Positions 14,067 through 21,310 of a stretch of DNA of 39,784 nt are shown one piece after another; the stretch's first letter is position 1; each line of letters opens with the position of its first letter. The notes below the pieces were generated by a model, which was not told the DNA's origin, made no database searches, and was given only the letters and a program-made list of their open reading frames with translations. The stretch is from a virus. The stretch covers positions 1 to 39,784 of the IMG/VR virus record IMGVR_UViG_3300045988_082269. One strand, 5' to 3'. A program made the position numbers and the translations under genes.

Positions 14067-14348
14067 TTACTCAAAAACTTTTGCAATGCCTTTTAGCCGG
14101 TAGCCTATCGCCGTCCGGCTGTAATGTGTTCGTGCTGCAATGTCCGGCAGAGGGAGCCGCTCAACGTACCGCAGTAAGGCTATCTTACGGTCTACCCTCC
14201 CAAGCGGTGTGCTTTTGATGGCGGCGGTCATCTGCTGTCGGTCAAGTCCTTGCAGCGCAGCGGGCAGCACCACACGAGCCGCCGCCACAGGCAGCACCGA
14301 GCCAAAAAGGTTGCGGCAGCTGTCCGGCGTTACGCACCATAGTGCCAA
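14067..14348 (-). CDS. Sigma-70 region-4-like HTH protein, 93 aa as drawn (TTG start); possibly the 3' part of a longer frameshifted gene
   Basis: VDRKIALLRYVERLPLPDIAARTHYSRTAIGYRLKGI resembles sigma region 4/ArpU-type HTH. No good RBS at its own start. Confidence 0.6.
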   Translation of the reverse strand: MALWCVTPDSCRNLFGSVLPVAAARVVLPAALQGLDRQQMTAAIKSTPLGRVDRKIALLRYVERLPLPDIAARTHYSRTAIGYRLKGIAKVFE

Positions 14349-14520
14349 GCACGGAAAACCGGTGACAAAACGTCACCATTTTGACAACGTCGGCAAAATG
14401 GTATGTTTTCGTGAGGCCGCGAAAACGTGCGCAGACCATTTTCGTGATGTGCCGAAATTGCTCTTGTGCGGCGTACATCTCGGTAAAGCCACCGTGATGC
14501 TCGTATGTAGTGCTTTCCAT
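14242..14520 (-). CDS. Hypothetical ORF, 92 aa; strong RBS, but its 3' third overlaps 14067..14348 in another frame
   Basis: AAGGAGG lies 6 nt upstream of ATG 14518-14520. The C-terminal 30 aa are low-complexity, and the ORF is rich in inverted repeats. Confidence 0.45.
   Translation of the reverse strand: MESTTYEHHGGFTEMYAAQEQFRHITKMVCARFRGLTKTYHFADVVKMVTFCHRFSVLGTMVRNAGQLPQPFWLGAACGGGSCGAARCAART
14361..14443. promoter_or_regulatory. Cluster of nested and mutually exclusive inverted repeats (attenuator-like)
   Basis: GGTGAC-AAAAC-GTCACC (14361-14377). ACCATTTTG (14375-14383)/CAAAATGGT (14394-14402). GTTTTCG (14405-14411)/CGAAAAC (14420-14426). A third ACCATTTT at 14436-14443. Confidence 0.5.
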
Positions 14521-14530
14521 GGTATCCTCC

Positions 14531-14797
14531 TTACAGCTGCTTGATGCAGCGATTGGTCAGCTTGCTGTATACATCCTCGTACAGCTCCTGCTTATCGCCG
14601 TTGTAGGTGTACTCAGCATAGATACCGTCACCGTTCACGGTGGTAGACAATAGTGCCTTGTAGTTCTGGAGCGTCTTGCAAGCCCAGACCACAAAGACGT
14701 TTTCGAGGGTGATTTTGGTCTCGCGGTGCGCGTTGTACCACTCAACCAGTGCATTCTTGCACACGCTTTCGTATTCTGCCATACCGGTAATAATCAT
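14531..14797 (-). CDS. Hypothetical phage protein, 88 aa
   Basis: ATG 14795-14797 lies 9 nt after AGGAGG. This is the C-terminal part of the long shadow ORF 14531..15334. Confidence 0.6.
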   Translation of the reverse strand: MIITGMAEYESVCKNALVEWYNAHRETKITLENVFVVWACKTLQNYKALLSTTVNGDGIYAEYTYNGDKQELYEDVYSKLTNRCIKQL

Positions 14798-14811
14798 AAT
14801 GTGTTTCCTCC

Positions 14812-15060
14812 TTACTCCTTTCCCTGCATCTGATTGAGGACGTGATCGGCGTGGATGGCGGCAGACGTGAAGGAGTTGTTCTCCCACCACGCCACGAGGG
14901 AAGCGACGACGGTGATGCCGGTGGTGATGATCTGCTCCAGCTGCGCCGATTCGATGGGGAGCGGGGAGTGGCCGGTTGCGCTCAAAATCTGATTGGTCAG
15001 TGCCAGCGCGAGGACGGCGGTGCGTGCAATGGTTCCGGCGGAAATTTTGTTGGTAGTCAT
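14812..15060 (-). CDS. Holin (phiLC3/SPP1-type), 82 aa
   Basis: ATG 15058-15060 follows AAAGGAG. Two TM segments and the WWENNSFTSAA signature. Confidence 0.75.
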   Translation of the reverse strand: MTTNKISAGTIARTAVLALALTNQILSATGHSPLPIESAQLEQIITTGITVVASLVAWWENNSFTSAAIHADHVLNQMQGKE

Positions 15061-15074
15061 GGTGTTGTCTCCTT

Positions 15075-15404
15075 TCAGTTGTCGTGGATCGGCAGCGACT
15101 TTGCGCGGTTGTAAAGCTCCGTGCCGGTACCGTTGCCGCCAAGTCTGTGATAACTGTTGTATAAATACTCGATGTTTTTGAGGCCGGTCGTGTCGATCCG
15201 GCCTTGCTCGATGTAGTGCTGGCACGCCTGATACAGCCGGTCATGCAGGATGGCAAGCAAGCCCTCCTTGATGGCCTTGCGTTCGGCGTCGTCTGCCTTG
15301 ACTCGCTTCGCCAGCCGTCGATATCCGGCCACAAGCCCCGCGCTGATAAGCCCGAAAAGCCATGTCGCCCAGTAGTCGAGGGTGGTCTTGAGTAGCTGCT
15401 CCAT
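15075..15404 (-). CDS. N-terminally membrane-anchored protein in the lysis cassette (possible second holin or antiholin), 109 aa
   Basis: ATG 15402-15404 follows GGGAGGGG. TM segment YWATWLFGLISAGLVAGY, then a soluble helical domain. Confidence 0.6.
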   Translation of the reverse strand: MEQLLKTTLDYWATWLFGLISAGLVAGYRRLAKRVKADDAERKAIKEGLLAILHDRLYQACQHYIEQGRIDTTGLKNIEYLYNSYHRLGGNGTGTELYNRAKSLPIHDN

Positions 15405-15409
15405 CGGTA

Positions 15410-16072
15410 TCACCCCTCCCGGAGCATGTCCAGCCCCTTTTTTGCGATAATGGCGGCGTAGTCCTTGTAGGCGTGGGAAAGGTCTGCGTTGCCCGTGATG
15501 CCCGGCACGCTGGCGGTGCTGGTATACTGCCACATCCCAAAAGGCCATGCCGGGGTCGGCTTGTCGTCGTGGTATGCAGCCACCCACACGTCGTACTTGC
15601 GCAGTGCAGCCCCGCCCATGTACAGCCGGGTCTCCCCGAAGTTGAGACCTGTGTAGAGCAGGGCATAGAAGCCCCACTGCTCGATGGTCGCCAGCGCATA
15701 CGCGGTCAGGTCGGTCAGTGCCTGCTTTCTGAGCTTCTTGAGCTTGTTGTCCTCCACATCCACGCAGACCGGCAGCTCGAAGGTTTTCCCGGTCAGCGCA
15801 GTTTTGAGCAGAGCCAGCTCTGCGTCGGCACTGGTATGCGAGACGGCGTAGGTGTAGTAGTACACGCCCACCGGGATCCCCAGCCGCTTGCACTCGGCAT
15901 AGTTGCGCTCAAACGTCGGGTCGATGTACAGCCCGTCCTTGCGCTTGCTCAGCTTGCTGTTGGTGGATACCGTCTTGAGCATCACACCGTCAATCTTTCT
16001 GCTGGCCTTGACCGCATCCCAGTTGATATCGCCCTGCCAGCGGGAAACGTCTAATATGGTTTTTGCCATCAT
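15410..16072 (-). CDS. Endolysin, glycoside hydrolase family 25 muramidase, 220 aa
   Basis: DVSRWQGDINW, GVYYYTYA and VCVDVED motifs typical of GH25. No separate wall-binding domain is evident. Confidence 0.85.
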   Translation of the reverse strand: MMAKTILDVSRWQGDINWDAVKASRKIDGVMLKTVSTNSKLSKRKDGLYIDPTFERNYAECKRLGIPVGVYYYTYAVSHTSADAELALLKTALTGKTFELPVCVDVEDNKLKKLRKQALTDLTAYALATIEQWGFYALLYTGLNFGETRLYMGGAALRKYDVWVAAYHDDKPTPAWPFGMWQYTSTASVPGITGNADLSHAYKDYAAIIAKKGLDMLREG

Positions 16073-16111
16073 GTCACGTCCTTTCTGTTAGTGAGATAAG
16101 GCTTCCTTTAG

Positions 16112-18793
16112 TTAATAGGCAAATTCTCTATTTTCGCCTGCTCCAATGCGTACAATTTTTACTTTTCTTTCTTTTTTATTGATGCAAAAAATGTCAAAGC
16201 ACTGTTCGCTTGTAGTCCCAAGCGTTCTCGTCTGTGCGCCTTCTTCTCGGATAAAGCAGTCGGCGTTAGTCACAACCATGTGTGTGCCATGCCACTCAAT
16301 AAGTGCATCTCTGTGCGTATGTCCAGCAAGCCAACACACAAGTGTGCCTTTGTGTGCAGAGAATTCTTCCGTTTTTGACGTGTATCCGCTTATGACTTTC
16401 CCAATTTTTTCAGCATTTACAACCAGTGTACTTGTCCCAAAAGGCCGTTCTGAAGATGTCCATAGTGGCACATGAGAGAAGACAACGCATAGCCAATCAT
16501 TGGAGGGAAGATTTAAAGAGCTTTTGAGCCATGCAATTTGTTCTTCGCTTATGGAAAAATACCACTCTTTATTATATTTGGATATATCCAAGCCGTCAGC
16601 ATAGTCCATACAGTTCACGGAAATGTAACGGATTTTATTGGTTTTATCGTCGGAATAAAAATACGTTCCATTTCCGTTTTCAGGATACACAATTTCCGAT
16701 TTTGCCTTTTCTTCATCAGAGCGATAATACAAATTGTACGCTTCATCGGTGGAGATATTGTATTGATTTTTTCCACCATATGCCCATTCATGATTTCCTA
16801 TAGTCTTTAGCATTGGCACGTCAAAGAACAAATCGCGAAGCTCTATCATGTCATCAACAATAGCGTTTTTGCCTTTCTCGTCTGAATTCCATGCAGTCTG
16901 CCAATCTCCTCCTCCAAGAATGGTTTTTATCGCACACGATGTTTTAATTCGTCTCATAAGAGCAGGCGAATGTTTTGTGTTCCGCTGAATGTGAATGTCT
17001 GTGATAAATGCAAATGCAAAGCTGTTAAAGCTAGCAATATTTTCAAGAACTTCTTTTTCTTTCTGAGACATATAATCTCTATAATAATCGGGTATATGAA
17101 AACGATTATTAACCACATAAACATGGAGATATTTATGCACTTGGCCCGCAGATATAGGGGAATTATCTTTGTTCCGAATTAAAATCGTATAATATCTCTC
17201 TGGATACACATTGCAATAAAATGTTCCATCAAGCCATACGCCAATGTTTGCTGCGAAGTCTTTATACATATATCTCTTAGAGTAAGTGCCATCTTCTAGT
17301 ATAAATTCTTCGACTTCTACGTCAATTGTGTCTGGAGAGGAAATCATAATAGTTTCTTTTTGCGGAGGGCTGAACAAACTTGTAACAACTCGAATGTCTG
17401 ACGGCGTAAAAGGGATAGTAATATTTGTTGCTTGATTATAAGTAAACGTATTTGTTATATCAGCACAATACGGTTTAGCAACAACGTCATGCGATTTTTT
17501 GCTCAAGGCAGCCATTACAATATCTTCGCCAGTTGGAACATCTTCAAAATCGGTATTGCTATCATTTTGTATGGATAACCAAAGCCCAGTATCTTCCTTA
17601 CGGATCATTACTTCTTTAGTCCATACGTCTTTGTATGAAATATTAAATTTTCCTACGCATTTGATTTTGATGTCACAATTTGATTTTGGGCAGTATAGTG
17701 CCGCTCTTTTTGTGGTATTTGGGACGTAAGCTGAATCCAATTTTTTATTATTGACTGTACCTTTTAGGATAATTATTGGATATACGTCAACATCCTCTCC
17801 GTTATCAGAGGTATACAATGGGGCTCCTTGAATTTCATCAGCAGATATACACGCGCTAATCAACAGTTCATTCTGGCCTGGAGTTAAATAACCCGTTGAG
17901 ATTGCGATGTATTTTGCATTTTCTGGCTTGATGACATACATCTTAGATTTGATGACGTTGTTTGAAGAACTGTTTTTCACATATCCAACAGTTTTCATGC
18001 TTTCATCAAGGAACGTCACAAAATTCGTATATGCAGGAGAAGACGCTGTTACAATATATCTGTTTGTATTATATGGAGACAAATCGAAATACCATGTATA
18101 ATAGGCCGTTTGAGAAAAGTCTCTGTCCAAATAATAACTGCCTTGTACAACTTTTTGTGCACCTAAATTAACCAGATTCCTTTTTGCATTGCTAACTAAA
18201 TCTTCCTTTATCTCCCCAACCGCATCCCCCGTCGCTTTCGCATCCGCTGCCTTGCCTTCCAGCTTGAGGGTTGGATCTGTGACAAACTTCGCCGCTGCAT
18301 CCTCCGCCCGTTTCTGGGCGTCCTGACAGGCGGTGACGTAGGCCGTCCACTGATCCGACGTGAGGCCGGTGACGTAGAAAAACGACCGCACAGACACGGG
18401 GTCAACGTAGGGCGCACCGGTGACGCGGCAGATGATCGGAAAGGTATTGAGCTTGTACCCAGTGTTGTTGACCACGCAGAGGGAGACCGCCACCTTGCCG
18501 TTGACGCGCAAAGCCTGCTCTGCAAGCTCGAGGGTGACGACGTTGGGGCTGCTGCTGGACACCACGACGGCCTTGCGGGTTCCGCTGGACAGCTGGATGG
18601 TGTCATACCAGCCGGTGTTGTTGGCACCTTGGCCGTGATACTCCACGGTATAGACCGCGCCGCTGGGCGCGGAGTACGGCACGCCGCCGTCGTAGAGCGT
18701 GAGGCCAATAAACCGGCTCTGGGAGTCGGACTGCATGACGTCGATCACCTGCGGCAGACCCGGGTTATTGAAATCAATTGTGATATTGTGCAT
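16112..18793 (-). CDS. Receptor-binding/baseplate protein: BppU-like N-terminus, AT-rich central region, C-terminal metallophosphoesterase domain, 893 aa
   Basis: ATG 18791-18793 follows AAAGGAGG. N-terminal ITIDFNNPG...DSQSRFIGLTLYDGG. C-terminal motifs ITDIH, GGGDW, GNHEW, SHVP and GHTHRD (about 17020..16112). Confidence 0.8.
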   Translation of the reverse strand: MHNITIDFNNPGLPQVIDVMQSDSQSRFIGLTLYDGGVPYSAPSGAVYTVEYHGQGANNTGWYDTIQLSSGTRKAVVVSSSSPNVVTLELAEQALRVNGKVAVSLCVVNNTGYKLNTFPIICRVTGAPYVDPVSVRSFFYVTGLTSDQWTAYVTACQDAQKRAEDAAAKFVTDPTLKLEGKAADAKATGDAVGEIKEDLVSNAKRNLVNLGAQKVVQGSYYLDRDFSQTAYYTWYFDLSPYNTNRYIVTASSPAYTNFVTFLDESMKTVGYVKNSSSNNVIKSKMYVIKPENAKYIAISTGYLTPGQNELLISACISADEIQGAPLYTSDNGEDVDVYPIIILKGTVNNKKLDSAYVPNTTKRAALYCPKSNCDIKIKCVGKFNISYKDVWTKEVMIRKEDTGLWLSIQNDSNTDFEDVPTGEDIVMAALSKKSHDVVAKPYCADITNTFTYNQATNITIPFTPSDIRVVTSLFSPPQKETIMISSPDTIDVEVEEFILEDGTYSKRYMYKDFAANIGVWLDGTFYCNVYPERYYTILIRNKDNSPISAGQVHKYLHVYVVNNRFHIPDYYRDYMSQKEKEVLENIASFNSFAFAFITDIHIQRNTKHSPALMRRIKTSCAIKTILGGGDWQTAWNSDEKGKNAIVDDMIELRDLFFDVPMLKTIGNHEWAYGGKNQYNISTDEAYNLYYRSDEEKAKSEIVYPENGNGTYFYSDDKTNKIRYISVNCMDYADGLDISKYNKEWYFSISEEQIAWLKSSLNLPSNDWLCVVFSHVPLWTSSERPFGTSTLVVNAEKIGKVISGYTSKTEEFSAHKGTLVCWLAGHTHRDALIEWHGTHMVVTNADCFIREEGAQTRTLGTTSEQCFDIFCINKKERKVKIVRIGAGENREFAY

Positions 18794-18977
18794 TGTTGTC
18801 CTCCTTTTCGGCCTTGACATACGCGCCGTTGATGTACCGGTAATCGCTCAGGCTGCCGGGCGGCAGGGTGTCTACATAAGTCGCACCTTCCGGCAGGGTT
18901 TTCAGCGCATAGTTCGGGTCGATGCTCCCTGCCGAGGTAATTTCACCCGTACCGGGGAGAAACGTTATCAGATACAT
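18774..18977 (-). CDS. Small tail-associated hypothetical protein, 67 aa
   Basis: RBS GAGGTGAG. Lies between the Tal and RBP genes. Confidence 0.55.
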   Translation of the reverse strand: MYLITFLPGTGEITSAGSIDPNYALKTLPEGATYVDTLPPGSLSDYRYINGAYVKAEKEDNNAQYHN

Positions 18978-18986
18978 TTGCTCACC

Positions 18987-20597
18987 TCACAAGAAACCGA
19001 TGATGATGGATGGAATGCAGCAGGCTTTGTTTTCGTGGAGCTTCGCGCCCAGCGGGATTTTTGATCCGTCGGGCAGGGAAATTTCGGACGATGACAGCCA
19101 GCCGCCCGCGCCGAACGTGATGCCGGTCTTTTTGACGACGAAATCCCGCACGCGGGGATAGTCCCAAGTGTAGGTTGCCCGGACGGTGCGGTTTTCGTCC
19201 ACGACGGCGATCGTCCACTGCACACTGTTGTTGTCCAGCGTTCCGCTGTCGAAAATTCCACCCAAATTGTCGATGAACCCCACCGCAATGGCAGCATAGC
19301 TGCTCAGGTCGATGGTCACGGTGGTGTTTTTGGTCATCCCGTCGGACGGCTTGCCGTTCGTCCAGAGGGCTACCGTGTTCCGGATCCCTGAAAACTGCAA
19401 GCCGTCGTTGTTGATGGTGTACTTATAGCCGCCGGTGCCGAAATTGACCGCTCCGCCTTCCGTCTCCTCGATGTAGTCGGTCGCCACCCGGCTTGCGTCG
19501 GTCGCCCGGTCGTTGGAAGTGGTGATCTGACTCTGCTGCCGGACGATGGTGCGGGCAAGGGTCTGCTTTGCGTCGCCCAGGGAAACGTCCTCGTACTGAT
19601 CTTTCAGCACGTCGTAATCGGTTTTCGTCACCCGGGCGGTCGCACTGATCCCAAGCCGCAGAAAGCGCACCTCGACGGTGTCTCCCCGCAGCACTTTTTC
19701 GGCGTCGGCTGCGCCGCTGTACTCCACGCACTTTTCCAGCTGCACCCACTTGGCCGTGATGCTGACTGTCGGCTTCGCCATATCGTTTTTTGCGATGAAC
19801 TCCGCCGCGGTCTTTTTCATGCTGGCGTTGGAGGGTGCCTTTTCGTAGTAGCTGGACAAGTCCAGCGGATAGATCTTTTTCCGGGTCGCACCGGGCAGGA
19901 TCTCGATGGGGTCGATCGAGTAAAATTTTTTGCTTTTCTCACTCGACCAGTAGGGGAAAACGTGGGTGTACATTTCTTCGATGTTCTTTTCCTGCGTCGC
20001 ATCCAGCAGATTCCGGCCATAGGCGATCCGGACGCCCCGGTTGACTTCGGCTTTCTCCCGGAGCACACAGGTCAGACCATCAAAGCTCCAGATCCCGCCG
20101 TAGGTTTCCGCAAGGTTGCCGTTGGTATTGCCAAGGATGGCAGCACGCAGGGTCATCGGTTTTGCGACCGAAAAGCTCGCCTCCTTGTCATAGGCGGCGG
20201 AAATCTCGAAAGGGCAGTCACCAATGATGCTTTTTTTGAGCTGCGTGATGGCCGCCGACAGCTTTTTGGCCGAAAACGGCTTGACGATGCAGCCGTTGAG
20301 GTCATACGAGAGATGGTGCGCATACACCTGTACACGCCCATCGTATGGCCGGGAGATCCGATAGATCCGGAAGAGCTGCATTCCCTCATAACTGGACGGA
20401 CGGGCTGAAATCAGCCGATCCTCCACAAGATCCTCGAAATGCACTCCGATGACCGGGTAGATCATGCTCAGATCATAGGCTCCGTTTTCCTCGCAGCTGA
20501 CCTTGCACTCCAAAGCGTCGGTCAGAATGCCGTAGCCATAGTTGGAAATCGCCGTTGTGTCGGCGGAATAGAGCGCGGGTCGCAGTTCTGGCCTCAT
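18987..20597 (-). CDS. Tail-associated lysin-like/tail tip protein (Tal, prophage tail endopeptidase family), 536 aa
   Basis: ATGA overlap with the Dit stop. The N-terminal region resembles phage minor structural protein N-terminal domains. Its position follows Dit. Confidence 0.75.
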   Translation of the reverse strand: MRPELRPALYSADTTAISNYGYGILTDALECKVSCEENGAYDLSMIYPVIGVHFEDLVEDRLISARPSSYEGMQLFRIYRISRPYDGRVQVYAHHLSYDLNGCIVKPFSAKKLSAAITQLKKSIIGDCPFEISAAYDKEASFSVAKPMTLRAAILGNTNGNLAETYGGIWSFDGLTCVLREKAEVNRGVRIAYGRNLLDATQEKNIEEMYTHVFPYWSSEKSKKFYSIDPIEILPGATRKKIYPLDLSSYYEKAPSNASMKKTAAEFIAKNDMAKPTVSITAKWVQLEKCVEYSGAADAEKVLRGDTVEVRFLRLGISATARVTKTDYDVLKDQYEDVSLGDAKQTLARTIVRQQSQITTSNDRATDASRVATDYIEETEGGAVNFGTGGYKYTINNDGLQFSGIRNTVALWTNGKPSDGMTKNTTVTIDLSSYAAIAVGFIDNLGGIFDSGTLDNNSVQWTIAVVDENRTVRATYTWDYPRVRDFVVKKTGITFGAGGWLSSSEISLPDGSKIPLGAKLHENKACCIPSIIIGFL

Positions 20598-21310
20598 AGC
20601 GTCCACCACCTCGGGGTCAGCAGGACAGCGGTGATCCCGCCGCTCCAGCTGATAACATTTTCACCCTCCGGCAGGGAGGGGAGCATCCCATAGATGCGAT
20701 TGTTGGCCGACAGTCCGCTCAAGGTGTAAGCGTTCTGGTTTTCGCCATCCACCACGATCTGCGTATCAGAGTAGGTGCCGACGTCCAGCGTCTCGCCGTT
20801 GATGCTCAGCGTGCCGGTCTCGCCGTTGCCGGAGATGACCAGCTCCGGGAGAGCCGTCTGCTGGAATGGGTTCCGGAGCTTCTGGCCGTTGGTCAGGAAT
20901 CCCGACCGCTGGCCGTCCACTGAAAAGTGCCGGGGGTCGCAGTCGAACTCTACCGTGAACCGCCCGTACTTGTTGAGCACGTTGGTGATGTCGCCGACCG
21001 TTGCGGTCGCGTTGTAAAAAAATCCGGGGTCGTAGCTGTCAGCCAGCCGGTGCGCACCCGGTGCTCCGGCCAGCCAATTCTTGACCGACCGTGCCACCGC
21101 TGCTGTTGGCTCATTGCCGTGATAGTAGATCTCATAGGATACCTTGATGTTATCGTAGTAACCCAGATCAGCGTGGAGCTTGCCGTTCCGCCCGCCCACC
21201 TCGTACTCCTCATATTTTGGAGCCGGGGTCGGGATCTTGGGCTTGTGCTCGATGTGGCAGTAAAACGCACGGCTGCTGTGGTCGTTATAGTACAGGTAAT
21301 GGTTCGCCAA
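20594..21310 (-). CDS. Distal tail protein (Dit), 238 aa, TTG start
   Basis: TTG 21308-21310 lies 9 nt after CAGGAGG. Position is directly after the tape measure gene. The upstream ORF extension runs antisense-like through the TMP end. Confidence 0.7.
   Translation of the reverse strand: MANHYLYYNDHSSRAFYCHIEHKPKIPTPAPKYEEYEVGGRNGKLHADLGYYDNIKVSYEIYYHGNEPTAAVARSVKNWLAGAPGAHRLADSYDPGFFYNATATVGDITNVLNKYGRFTVEFDCDPRHFSVDGQRSGFLTNGQKLRNPFQQTALPELVISGNGETGTLSINGETLDVGTYSDTQIVVDGENQNAYTLSGLSANNRIYGMLPSLPEGENVISWSGGITAVLLTPRWWTL

Noticed and set aside
15075-15893. 272-aa ORF overlapping the endolysin gene
   Set aside because: Only its last 109 codons (from ATG 15404, with an SD) are plausible. The upstream part overlaps the GH25 gene out of frame and is low-complexity.
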